DNA from: an uncultured Muribaculaceae bacterium
GTDB lineage: Bacteria; Bacillota_I; Bacilli_A; RF39; UBA660
Direction of reading: 5' to 3'
Assembly: GCA_964425325.1 (NCBI GenBank)
Contig: CAYRLX010000005.1
Coordinates: forward strand, 1-60,454
DNA length: 60,454 bases
Below are positions 7,705-16,633 of the stretch, one piece after another. The position numbers and the translations under genes are program-made. The first letter of the stretch is position 1; each line of letters starts with the position of its first letter. The notes beneath the pieces are model-generated. The model saw nothing but the letters and a program-made list of their open reading frames with translations. It ran no database searches and was not told the origin of the DNA.

Positions 7705-10290
7705 ATGGTACTGATTCTAATTATTGCTGTAATAATATTAATAGTAGAAAATGATAAAAAAAATAAAGAATTATTTTCACTCAAAAAACAAATAGAAAAT
7801 AAAAACATAAATTTTTGTCCAAAGTGTGGCTATAATTTCAATGAAAAAAAAGAAACTATTAAAAAGCCTATTAAAGCAGTATCCAAACCAACAGAAAATA
7901 TTAATATAATACAAAATAATAAAAAAACTAAAAATAGTGAAATTAATAATAGTTGGATATTAATAACAGGATCCGTTTTAATTATATTAAGTGCTATAGT
8001 ATTTTTAACTGCAACATGGACTATTACCCATAGCTTTATAAAAACTATAATTATAATACTTATGTTTATAGTCTTTGAAGGAGTAAGCAAAATAGCAAAA
8101 GAAAAAAATTTAAAACAGACATCAAAAACTTTTCATTATATCGCCCTAGCCTACATTCCAATAATGCTTATATCTTTATTCTTTTTCGGATACATTGGAG
8201 AAATTCTAAGGGCATTTAAAGTGGCAAGAAGAATATATTTAACCATAAGTGCCTCTGTTATAACTTACATTTATTACTATAACTATAAAAAAGACAAAAA
8301 CAATATAGTTGCCTGGGCAAGTATAATATCATCAATATTAACAGTAATATGTCTTACCTCTATATTAACATCAGATATAAGATACCATATTATAAGTCTA
8401 ATTATATATACTATAATTTTAGGACTATTATATTTAAAAGATATTTTTGTTTTTAATAATAAAATGCATAAAACAGTAATCGAAACACTAACATGTGCCT
8501 TATTTATATTATCAATTAAAAACAATATAGAACTAATTATAGATAATAAAATTAATATTCTAAATACTATGATTCCTATATTATTCATAGAAATTATATA
8601 CATTTATTTTAATAAAATTAAAAACTACAAAACAGATTTTAATACAATATATCCATTACTTATAATAGCAAGCTCTATTAATTTAACCTTTCTATTTGAA
8701 CCATACATAATAAAACAAATAATAATGTTAATAACAATTCTAGCTATAAATTTTATAAGTTTATTAAAAGATGAAAAAATATCAGAAAGTATGATTATAG
8801 AAACCTTAATCACAATGACATTTATGCACATAAGCGCGACATTCACAAAAGAATTATTTATAGTTCCTAACTACTTAATCACAATTACTGAAACAATACT
8901 TCTTTGGATTACATATCTTTACTCAAAAGATAAAGAAAACATGGCTATGGTTTCTACCGTAGGAATTATACTTAGTCTATTAAATTTAATAATCACAAAT
9001 AATATTAATTTAATAATATTCGGCTTTTCAATTTTATTATTATTAATAATATCGCTATTTATAAAAGAAAAAGAAATTAATAATGCATTTAAAAATATAA
9101 GTATCATCACATTCGTTTTATTCTCACTATCATACTATAATAATTCAATATTCTTAATATTACTATATACTATGTTTATCATTATAACTTTTATCCACGG
9201 ATATCAAGAAGAAGATATTATCAAAAAAATAATTTCTTATATCTATTTAAATCCGTTAATCATCTGGATAATGCTATATTTTAATGTGGATATAAAAACT
9301 ACCATGCTATGTGCTCCTCTATCAGCCACTATAATTACAATACTTGAATTTTTACTACCTAAACTAAAAACAAAAGAAAACAGCACATACATAATTATAA
9401 ACTACATAATCTCAATATTAATTTTTTCCACAATAAATCATACTATATTTAATTTTATATATTTAATATTAATTAACATACTATATATATTATATATAAA
9501 TAATAAAAAAGAGATATATTATTATATAATTCCATTGATATCTATAATTCCTTACGTACATTCAAATATATTTATAATAAATAACATAAATTATATGTAT
9601 GGATTATCATCTTTCCTATTATTGATCTCACTATATTTAAGTTATAGTAAGAAAAATGAATTGTTCTATGCACTATTTTATCTATATTCATTTTCACATT
9701 TCACTGCCTTTAATGACATAAAATATTTTAAATTACTCATATTATTATTAGGAACAATTACAATATATTTATCTGCAAATAAAGGAAAAGATTTTTTTAA
9801 AACACTTATATACTTACTATCATTCTATCTAATAAAACTGTTAATTATAGACTTTAAACTCGAGGAAATAGCATTTATAAACTATGGAGTTATCCTACTA
9901 TTTATTTCACTCATAACAAGAGATATTATAAAAAAACATACAGTTAATTACAAAGTGATTATATATATTGGTTATATTCTTACAAATATATCAGCATTTA
10001 TAAATTATTCATCTGAACAAGACGGAATATTATTTGTATTTTTACTAACACTATTTGTTTTAATTAGTTACACATACAAATTTGGCCCTGAATTTATCAC
10101 ATCAATTATATTCATATTAATCAACGTCTTAATACTAACTAGAACATTTTGGATAAATATACCATGGTACTTATACATACTATTAATAGGTAGCGTTTTA
10201 ATAGCTTTTGCAGTTAAGAATGAAGCATCTGAAAATAAAATTAAAAACAAAAAGAAATTAGATGATATTAAAAAGTACTTAGATCTATAA
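7705..10290 (+). CDS. large polytopic membrane protein with N-terminal zinc-ribbon (CPKCGYNF), function unknown
   Basis: 861-aa uninterrupted ORF in AT-rich DNA with more than 20 hydrophobic segments. Followed by a clean terminator. Confidence 0.6.
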   Translation: MVLILIIAVIILIVENDKKNKELFSLKKQIENKNINFCPKCGYNFNEKKETIKKPIKAVSKPTENINIIQNNKKTKNSEINNSWILITGSVLIILSAIVFLTATWTITHSFIKTIIIILMFIVFEGVSKIAKEKNLKQTSKTFHYIALAYIPIMLISLFFFGYIGEILRAFKVARRIYLTISASVITYIYYYNYKKDKNNIVAWASIISSILTVICLTSILTSDIRYHIISLIIYTIILGLLYLKDIFVFNNKMHKTVIETLTCALFILSIKNNIELIIDNKINILNTMIPILFIEIIYIYFNKIKNYKTDFNTIYPLLIIASSINLTFLFEPYIIKQIIMLITILAINFISLLKDEKISESMIIETLITMTFMHISATFTKELFIVPNYLITITETILLWITYLYSKDKENMAMVSTVGIILSLLNLIITNNINLIIFGFSILLLLIISLFIKEKEINNAFKNISIITFVLFSLSYYNNSIFLILLYTMFIIITFIHGYQEEDIIKKIISYIYLNPLIIWIMLYFNVDIKTTMLCAPLSATIITILEFLLPKLKTKENSTYIIINYIISILIFSTINHTIFNFIYLILINILYILYINNKKEIYYYIIPLISIIPYVHSNIFIINNINYMYGLSSFLLLISLYLSYSKKNELFYALFYLYSFSHFTAFNDIKYFKLLILLLGTITIYLSANKGKDFFKTLIYLLSFYLIKLLIIDFKLEEIAFINYGVILLFISLITRDIIKKHTVNYKVIIYIGYILTNISAFINYSSEQDGILFVFLLTLFVLISYTYKFGPEFITSIIFILINVLILTRTFWINIPWYLYILLIGSVLIAFAVKNEASENKIKNKKKLDDIKKYLDL

Positions 10291-10301
10291 GTACTTTTTT
10301 T
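10273..10301 (+). terminator. rho-independent terminator of the 861-aa gene
   Basis: 9-bp stem AAGTACTTA/TAAGTACTT enclosing the stop codon, followed by a T7 run. Confidence 0.7.
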
Positions 10302-10302
10302 A

Positions 10303-10331
10303 TAAAAAAAAGGAAGGAAGACAAATCCTTC
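10303..10331 (-). terminator. rho-independent terminator closing the minus-strand rpsI-cassette transcription unit
   Basis: On the minus strand, GAAGGA-tttgtct-TCCTTC is followed by a T8 run. Confidence 0.6.
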
Positions 10332-10533
10332 AAGATAAAAACTTAAATTGAATCGACACTAGTAAAATCCAGCCCCAGGATTTTATCAGGCCTTCCCTAC
10401 AATAAAATTATATTAATAAAAAATAAAAACTACAACCAATTTTTTTAAAATAATTAATACTTTACACCATTTTTTACATATATTATAAAAATTTAATCAC
10501 AATATAAAACTATTTATAGATATATAGCACACA

Positions 10534-10632
10534 AAAAAGCCCATAAATACAGACTTACCAAAAAAATTTTTATCTATTACTAAATTTTACTAGGCACTTA
10601 TAGCCTACGTGTCACCTACATAATAGGTCTAT
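10534..10632 (-). repeat. decayed third copy of the rpsI-tail/terminator junction plus the 35-nt cassette tail
   Basis: AAAAAGCCCATAAA..TATCTATTACTAAATT aligns with 11274-11335. CTTATAGCCTACGTGTCACCTACATAATAGGTCT aligns with 11368-11403. The terminator hairpin is destroyed in this copy. Confidence 0.6.
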
Positions 10633-10635
10633 ATT

Positions 10636-11166
10636 TTATTTTTTTATCCAATATCTTCTTGTTAAAAACTTTTCACCGCAATCCTCATTTTCTACTTTAT
10701 TCTCTAATATGCCTCCATTAAATTCAATTATTCTATAAGATCCTATATTATCATCATCACACGTAATTAAAATATTATCTTCTTCAATTATATTTTTATA
10801 TTGTTCTAAACCTAATTTTAATAATTGTTTTCCATAACCCATATTCCAATATTTAGGGTTTATAGCATATCCTATATGACCACCATATTTTAGTAAATTT
10901 TCAGTTAGTCTTATTCTTATATGTATTACTCCAATAAACTTATCTTCATCAACAGCAAAAAAGTCATATGATGGAACATAATTAGAAGGTAATTTTGATT
11001 GATCTCTACTATCTTTAAATTTTTGAATAATGTTATATTCATCAGGATTAAAAAACATCATATCATGTTTTTTAATTAATCCCTCTTCAACTTTCTTAGC
11101 TGACAATAAATATGCTTCTTTATATTGATCTAAAAATTTCTCTTCCGCTTCAATTATTTTTAACAT
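10636..11166 (-). CDS. GNAT-family N-acetyltransferase
   Basis: IGYAINPKYWNMGYGKQLLKLGL acetyl-CoA-binding motif. ATG at 11166 lies 8 nt after AGGAAG; the ORF-track start at 11175 is GTG. Confidence 0.75.
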   Translation of the reverse strand: MLKIIEAEEKFLDQYKEAYLLSAKKVEEGLIKKHDMMFFNPDEYNIIQKFKDSRDQSKLPSNYVPSYDFFAVDEDKFIGVIHIRIRLTENLLKYGGHIGYAINPKYWNMGYGKQLLKLGLEQYKNIIEEDNILITCDDDNIGSYRIIEFNGGILENKVENEDCGEKFLTRRYWIKK

Positions 11167-11334
11167 AATAATCACTTCCTACAATTTATTATATCATAAA
11201 ACCCAAATTTATAGCCTACTCATAGCTAACGACGCTAGTTCCGTTTTAAATTTGAATTTTATAACATTAAAAAAGCCCATAAACACGGGCTTTTTGAAAC
11301 ATTGAAATAAGTATTTCCTATCTCTTACTAAATT
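11166..11334 (-). repeat. cassette junction copy 2: pseudo rpsI 3' end, terminator, inverted repeat, extended -10 promoter, RBS
   Basis: About 90% identical by eye to 12159-12324. Contains the AGTAAGAGATAG rpsI tail (non-coding here), hairpin AGCCC..GGGCT at 11273-11290, TAGCCTAC at 11212-11219 and TGATATAAT (reverse complement of 11188-11196). Confidence 0.85.
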
Positions 11335-11367
11335 AGCGTCCCTTTATTTACGCAGGTTTGTGGGCAG

Positions 11368-11403
11368 TTTGTAGCCTACCTATAACCTACATAACAGGTC
11401 TTA
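11368..11403 (-). repeat. 35-nt cassette tail repeat (copy 1)
   Basis: TTTGTAGCCTACCTATAACCTACATAACAGGTCT, similar to 10598-10632. Lies immediately 3' of the ORF in both cases. Confidence 0.7.
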
Positions 11404-11436
11404 TACATTCTTAACAATATCTTAGTAATTTTCTTC

Positions 11437-12159
11437 TTATTTAGTTTTACCTAATTCTTTATCATAAAAATTAAAAGCATCTTCAATAATATTATTACCC
11501 AATTCAATAATTGTATTATTGTTGGGAATTATTTTTATAAATCCATCAATTCCTAATTTATCATATAGATACTTTACTGCTAAAAGACTCAAATGATATC
11601 CACTGTAATCCTCTGTTTCAAAATCACTACCATGACTTAGAGCATTTAAATTAGGAATACTTTTAGTATTAAATTTAACAATACTTAACCATTTTGTGAA
11701 CTCTGAAGTCATTTCTTTATTATTTTCACCAGAAAAGAATTGTGCCATACCCTCATCAAACCAAACTATTCTCTCTTGATGTTTTCTTCCCCAAACTAAT
11801 TCTTGATACATGATATGAAATAATTCATGTGAAGCATTATACTTTCTATGAATAAATAATGGTGTTCCTTCAATAATATTAGGCTGTATAAAAGCATTTA
11901 TCATACCATTATCAAAAGTTCCTTTAGCATATTCTGGTAAAGATTCCTTTTCCCCCCTTAATTCATAAATATAATTTCTAAAATCTTCTATATTATCAAA
12001 ATAATTAATTTGAACTTTTCTAAACTTGTCTACATCAAATATTTTTTTATATAATTCTAATGATTCATTTAATATAGTTTCTAAATCATTTGTAATATAT
12101 TTTAAACTATCGGGTGAATATAATACAAAACTGTCATTTTCAAATTGTTTTTTATGCAC
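11437..12159 (-). CDS. putative gluzincin metallopeptidase-like protein (Peptidase_MA_2-like)
   Basis: HExxH in SHELFHIMY, followed about 20 aa later by WFDEGMAQFF. GTG at 12159 aligns with the ATG of the neighbouring cassette; the ORF-track start at 12168 is also GTG. Confidence 0.5.
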   Translation of the reverse strand: MHKKQFENDSFVLYSPDSLKYITNDLETILNESLELYKKIFDVDKFRKVQINYFDNIEDFRNYIYELRGEKESLPEYAKGTFDNGMINAFIQPNIIEGTPLFIHRKYNASHELFHIMYQELVWGRKHQERIVWFDEGMAQFFSGENNKEMTSEFTKWLSIVKFNTKSIPNLNALSHGSDFETEDYSGYHLSLLAVKYLYDKLGIDGFIKIIPNNNTIIELGNNIIEDAFNFYDKELGKTK

Positions 12160-12324
12160 AATTACCACATCCTATATATCAATTATATCATAAAACCCAA
12201 ATTTGTAGCCTACTCGTAGCTAACGACGCTAGTTTCGCTTTAAATTTTATAGCATAAAAAAAAGCCCATAAACACGGGCTTTTTGAAACATTGAAATAAG
12301 TATTTCCTATCTCTTACTGAATTG
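12159..12324 (-). repeat. cassette junction copy 1 (contains the genuine rpsI 3' end and terminator)
   Basis: Direct repeat of 11166-11334. TAGCCTAC at 12206-12213 and TGATATAAT (reverse complement of 12182-12190). Confidence 0.85.
12255..12282 (-). terminator. rho-independent terminator of rplM-rpsI
   Basis: On the minus strand, AGCCCGTGTTTATGGGCT is followed by a T8 run, 25 nt after the rpsI stop. Confidence 0.75.
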
Positions 12325-12720
12325 TGGAGCTCTACGTGCACCTTTAAGTCCAGGTTTCTTTCTTTCCTTAACTCTAGGATCACGAGTAACAAAACCAGCT
12401 CTTTTTAAAATCTTTCTATAACTATCTTCCTTACTTTCATTATCTTTGTCATATTCAAGTAAAGCTCTAGTTATACCAAGTCTAATAGCACCAGTTTGAC
12501 CAGTAAATCCACCGCCGTTAACTTTAACAGTAATATCAAATGTTTTTTCGTTATTTGTAGCAACTAAAGGTTGCATTAAATCCATAATATTAGTTTCATA
12601 TGGGAAGAATTCTCTTACATCTCTTCCATTAACTGTAATATTACCTTTACCAGGTACCATTACAACTTGTGCGATAGAAGCTTTTCTTCTACCAGTTCCT
12701 TTAAAAATTCTTTCTGCCAT
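12307..12720 (-). CDS. rpsI: 30S ribosomal protein S9
   Basis: GTGRRK motif and a C-terminal ..PQFSKR. Confidence 0.97.
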   Translation of the reverse strand: MAERIFKGTGRRKASIAQVVMVPGKGNITVNGRDVREFFPYETNIMDLMQPLVATNNEKTFDITVKVNGGGFTGQTGAIRLGITRALLEYDKDNESKEDSYRKILKRAGFVTRDPRVKERKKPGLKGARRAPQFSKR

Positions 12721-12730
12721 TTAAACCCTC

Positions 12731-13162
12731 CTAATCAACCTTAAGCTCTTTTGGTTTTTGAGCACTATGTGGATGATTTTCTCCATCATATACAAATAAC
12801 TTTTTATACATTTGTCTTCCAAGTCTACCTTTTGGAAGCATACCTTTAACAGCTCTTTCAACCATTTCTACTGGATATTTTTCTACCATTTCCTTAGCAG
12901 TTCTTTCTCTAAGACCACCAGTATATCTACTATGGTTATAATAAATCTTATCGTTAAGCTTATTACCAGTAAGTACTACCTTCTCAGCATTAACAACGAT
13001 AACATAATCACCACCATCAACATGTGGTGTATAAGTAGGTTTATGTTTTCCTCTTAAAACATTAGCTACCTTACTAGCAAGACGTCCTAAAGTTTGACCT
13101 TCAGCATCAACAACATACCAGTCTCTTTGAACATCCTCTTTTCTTTGCATGAATGTTTTCAT
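12731..13162 (-). CDS. rplM: 50S ribosomal protein L13
   Basis: 143 aa with a [17 protein letters not shown]-terminus. Lies upstream of rpsI. Confidence 0.97.
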   Translation of the reverse strand: MKTFMQRKEDVQRDWYVVDAEGQTLGRLASKVANVLRGKHKPTYTPHVDGGDYVIVVNAEKVVLTGNKLNDKIYYNHSRYTGGLRERTAKEMVEKYPVEMVERAVKGMLPKGRLGRQMYKKLFVYDGENHPHSAQKPKELKVD

Positions 13163-13270
13163 ATAAAATTTCCTTTCTCCTTATCACTCGTAAGTTTTCC
13201 CAGGACTTACTCATGTGGGATAAATAAATGTACCAGTACTAATTATATTAAATTAGCCCTAAAAAGTCAA
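13163..13270 (-). promoter_or_regulatory. rplM promoter plus ~73-nt leader (candidate L13 leader)
   Basis: Minus strand has TTGACT (13265-13270), a 17-nt spacer and TATAAT (13242-13247). The leader carries hairpin GTAAGT-cctgggaaa-ACTTAC just 5' of the RBS. Confidence 0.6.
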
Positions 13271-13321
13271 CAAAAATAATATAAAAATAACTTTTTTTCA
13301 CAAAATATATATGGTGATTAC

Positions 13322-14299
13322 ATGATTATAAGACTAGGTTATGTTGCAATAAGTCTAACACTTGACTTAACAACATCTAAAACAATAACATATACATATT
13401 ATTCTAAACTAAAAAAGAATGATAAAATAATAAAAATAGATAGTATTATCAACGAAAACTTACATAATTTAAAACAAATAATGCTATATAATTTTAAAAA
13501 TAATATTCATTTTTATAGATTAAGTCCTAATATAATCCCACTAGCTACCCATCCAAACACAAATATAAACATAGAAAAATACAAAAAACAATTTGAAATA
13601 ATAGGATATATGAGCAAACTTTATAATATAAGATTAGATACTCATCCAGACCACTTTTGCGTTCTAAATTCAAATAAAAAAGAAGTAATAAAAAATAGTA
13701 TAAAGATACTTAAATATCACTATGACATATTTAAAACAATGAATATAAATGGAAAAGCTATACTACATATAGGAGGAGCTTATGACAATAAAGAAAAATC
13801 AATAGAAAGATTTATTAAAAACTTTAAAAAATTAGATAAAAAAATACAAAATATAATCATCCTAGAAAACGACGATAAAATATATAACATAAAAGATACA
13901 TTATATATTTGTGAAACATTAAAAATACCCATGGTATTAGACTATCATCATTATTTATGTAATAACGAAAAAGAAAATATAGAAGATTATATACCCAGAA
14001 TACTAAATACTTGGAAAAATGAAAAATTAAATCCTAAAATACATTTTTCATCACCAAAAAACAAAAAAGAATTTAGAAGTCATTCAAACTACATAAATTC
14101 TCACGATTTTATAAAATTTATAAACATACTTAAAAAGTATAATACAAATATAGATATTATGCTAGAATGCAAAGCAAAAGATGAAGCCATGTTTAGACTA
14201 ATAAGACAGTTAAAATATAAAACAAATTACCATTTTATAAATGAAACCACATTTGAAATTAATAAAGAACATCCTTCAAATAAAGACCTTCAGGATTAG
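13322..14299 (+). CDS. uvsE: UV damage endonuclease UvsE/UVDE
   Basis: 325 aa with RLGYVAIS N-terminus and HPDHF, HIGG, LENDD and DYHH motifs of the UvdE TIM barrel. Confidence 0.85.
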   Translation: MIIRLGYVAISLTLDLTTSKTITYTYYSKLKKNDKIIKIDSIINENLHNLKQIMLYNFKNNIHFYRLSPNIIPLATHPNTNINIEKYKKQFEIIGYMSKLYNIRLDTHPDHFCVLNSNKKEVIKNSIKILKYHYDIFKTMNINGKAILHIGGAYDNKEKSIERFIKNFKKLDKKIQNIIILENDDKIYNIKDTLYICETLKIPMVLDYHHYLCNNEKENIEDYIPRILNTWKNEKLNPKIHFSSPKNKKEFRSHSNYINSHDFIKFINILKKYNTNIDIMLECKAKDEAMFRLIRQLKYKTNYHFINETTFEINKEHPSNKDLQD

Positions 14300-14999
14300 C
14301 CGTTTTACCAGCTTTCTTCCTATCTTTTGCATAAAGAATATCAATTATATCAGCACTTTTTCTCTTGCCTTCCCCAACTTCGAGTAAAATGCCAACCATA
14401 TTTCTAACCTGATATCTCATAAAACCAGTTCCTAAAAAAACAATATTAATTTTATTAACATTCTTTAAATCTCGAGTCAAATTAGTTTGAACAATAGTTC
14501 TAACATAATCATCCTTTTTATCAGTAGCTTTAGTAAAAGACTTAAAATCATGAGTTCCCTCTAAATATTTTAAAGCTCTTTCCATCTCAGCAACATCAAG
14601 CATTTTATTACATTGATATACATAATCTTTTTCAATAGGATTATATTCACCCATATTTATTTTATAAACATATTCCTTAGCCTTAACATTAAATCTGGCA
14701 TGAAAATCATCGGGAACCACTTCTATATTTTTGACATAAATATCAGAAGGAAGTAAACTATTTAAAGCATTTTTCATTTTATCAGTAGTAATCTTAGTAT
14801 TCATATCAAAATGAGCTTTTTGATTTAAAGCATGAACTCCAGCATCAGTCCTACCTGAAGCATGAATAGAAATACATTTATTACCATTAATTTTTTTTAA
14901 AGCTTTCTCTATCTCACTTTGAATAGTTTTTTCTTTAAGTTGCTTTTGATAACCTTTATATCTAGAACCATCATAAGCAAAAGTCATTAAATATCTCAT
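14259..14999 (-). CDS. truA: tRNA pseudouridine(38-40) synthase TruA
   Basis: GRTDAGVHA catalytic motif and MRYLMTFAYDG N-terminus. ATG at 14999 follows GGAGAAGGTG. Confidence 0.92.
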   Translation of the reverse strand: MRYLMTFAYDGSRYKGYQKQLKEKTIQSEIEKALKKINGNKCISIHASGRTDAGVHALNQKAHFDMNTKITTDKMKNALNSLLPSDIYVKNIEVVPDDFHARFNVKAKEYVYKINMGEYNPIEKDYVYQCNKMLDVAEMERALKYLEGTHDFKSFTKATDKKDDYVRTIVQTNLTRDLKNVNKINIVFLGTGFMRYQVRNMVGILLEVGEGKRKSADIIDILYAKDRKKAGKTANPEGLYLKDVLY

Positions 15000-15036
15000 T
15001 ATTAACACCTTCTCCAATATTTTAACACATTTTATA

Positions 15037-15804
15037 CTATCTTACAAAACGATATATATCCTTAACTAAATCATTAATATCATTTCTATAACCTATATTG
15101 ATACTTTTCTTTTTTAAAAGAATATCAGAAAAGTCTACCAACCTAGGAACAGAAATTCCACATTTTTTAAGTAAAGAACTATTTTTAAAAATACTATATT
15201 TATCGGAAATTTCTAATATTGAACCATCGTTCATTAATATAACATTATCACAAATACTATATATTAAATCACTATCTCTACTCACAATAATAATAGTTTT
15301 CTTATATCTTACCTTAAGCAGTCTAATAATCCTTATCACACTATCACGAGTTTTCCCGTCAAGTCCAAAAAACAAATCATCTAAAATAATTACATCAGGA
15401 TTACAAGCTAACACCAAAGCTAAAGATATTCTTTTCTGTTCACTCAAAGATAATTCATATATAGACTTATTTAAAATATTACTATTAAATCCAACCATTT
15501 TAAGTGAACCGCTTATCTTCTTTACAATATTATTAATACCATTTATTTTTAAATTAAAAATAAACTCTTCTTTAATATTGTCATAGAAAAATTGATCATT
15601 TATATTTTGATAAACCATTCCTACCTTACTATCTAAAAATAAATCACCACTACTCGGAGCAACACCACCACTTATTAATTCAGCTAAAAGACTTTTACCA
15701 CTCAAAGAAGAACCTATTACACCATATATTTTTTTTTCTTCTATTTCTAAAGAAACATTTTTTACTTCATCATAATATGAAATATTATCAAGCATTACTC
15801 CCAT
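15037..15804 (-). CDS. EcfA2-like ABC ATPase with degenerate catalytic motifs
   Basis: Walker A GSSLSGKS and Q-loop VYQN are present. Signature is LSLSEQ, Walker B is VIILDD (no catalytic Glu), and the H-switch is replaced (VSRDSD). Sits in the Ecf-typical position upstream of truA. Confidence 0.75.
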   Translation of the reverse strand: MGVMLDNISYYDEVKNVSLEIEEKKIYGVIGSSLSGKSLLAELISGGVAPSSGDLFLDSKVGMVYQNINDQFFYDNIKEEFIFNLKINGINNIVKKISGSLKMVGFNSNILNKSIYELSLSEQKRISLALVLACNPDVIILDDLFFGLDGKTRDSVIRIIRLLKVRYKKTIIIVSRDSDLIYSICDNVILMNDGSILEISDKYSIFKNSSLLKKCGISVPRLVDFSDILLKKKSINIGYRNDINDLVKDIYRFVR

Positions 15805-16568
15805 AAATCATCTATAAGCCTTTCTACATCAAGATACATTTTTTCAGACAAACCATAAAATTTTAATTTTTCAGAAAGCGATATCATAAAAGGAACCTCA
15901 AGTCCATTAGATAAAAAATCCTCACTGTCAAGCAAATGGATATCCTTTTTTAATAAATTATCACACAAAAACATTACCTCTTGACCAATTAAACATTCAT
16001 TTGTATCATTTGTTATATTGATAACACTGCACTTTTTAAAAACCCTTTTTACTTCTCTAATAACTAGATTTTTCTCTAGATCTAAATATGAAAAACAGTT
16101 GTCAATAATAAGTACTTTAGGCTTTAATAAGCACTGTAAAGTAAACATAACTAAAACTTTTTCCTTAATACTTAAATTAACAATTTTTTTATCCAAAAGA
16201 TTAAAAATACCCATTTTCTTTGAAACACGTTTAATCTTCATTTCTATTTTTTCATCACCAATATTTTTATATTTTAAACCATTCACTAATTCCTCTTTAA
16301 CAGTACTTTTACTGAAATAATTTAAATCAGGAGAAACTAGACCTATAATACCATTTTCTAAAGCAGTTTTTATAGATTTATTAAAAATTAAAATACTACC
16401 ATCGTATTTCAAATTATCAGCAAATATATTAAATAAAGTACTTTTACCACTACCACCTTTACCTACAATAGTAATAAAACTACCATTTTTAATACTAAAA
16501 TTTAAATTATTAAAAACGAATGCCCCTTTATAGTTAAAACTCAAATTCCTAACCTCTACTGCATTCAT
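15795..16568 (-). CDS. EcfA1-like ABC ATPase with degenerate catalytic motifs
   Basis: Walker A GKGGSGKST is intact. The Q-loop Gln is lost (GLVSPD), the signature is LSIKEK, Walker B is LIIDN, and the H-switch is ITNDTNE. Confidence 0.75.
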   Translation of the reverse strand: MNAVEVRNLSFNYKGAFVFNNLNFSIKNGSFITIVGKGGSGKSTLFNIFADNLKYDGSILIFNKSIKTALENGIIGLVSPDLNYFSKSTVKEELVNGLKYKNIGDEKIEMKIKRVSKKMGIFNLLDKKIVNLSIKEKVLVMFTLQCLLKPKVLIIDNCFSYLDLEKNLVIREVKRVFKKCSVINITNDTNECLIGQEVMFLCDNLLKKDIHLLDSEDFLSNGLEVPFMISLSEKLKFYGLSEKMYLDVERLIDDLWE

Positions 16569-16633
16569 ATAACCACCGTTTATTTATTATAATAAAAATA
16601 AAACTCTTTTACAATAGAAAAGCCGTTAAATTA

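Noticed and set aside
7830-10250. Five minus-strand ORFs (60-106 aa) inside the 861-aa membrane protein gene
   Set aside because: These are I/L/N/F-rich translations of AT-rich antisense DNA, with no RBS or motifs. The long plus-strand frame explains the region.
10336-10405. Hairpin AAAATCC-agcccca-GGATTTT with flanking GGAAGG/CCTTCC complementarity, considered as a small RNA or riboswitch
   Set aside because: It is short, matches no family I recognise, and lies between two terminators in a region of decayed cassette sequence. The support is insufficient.
10534-12324. Classical integron interpretation of the rpsI-downstream cassettes
   Set aside because: There is no intI gene and no attC-like imperfect palindrome with RYYYAAC/GTTRRRY cores. 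Each cassette also carries its own promoter and terminator, unlike integron cassettes. It is kept as a finding, but not as an integron.
12812-13279. Plus-strand ORFs 12812-13057 and 13094-13279, antisense to rplM and its leader
   Set aside because: They are shadow frames of a highly conserved ribosomal gene, with low-complexity translations, no RBS and no recognisable motif.
15098-16320. Plus-strand ORFs 15098-15586 and 16018-16320
   Set aside because: They are antisense shadows of the two EcfA-like ATPase genes, with low-complexity translations.
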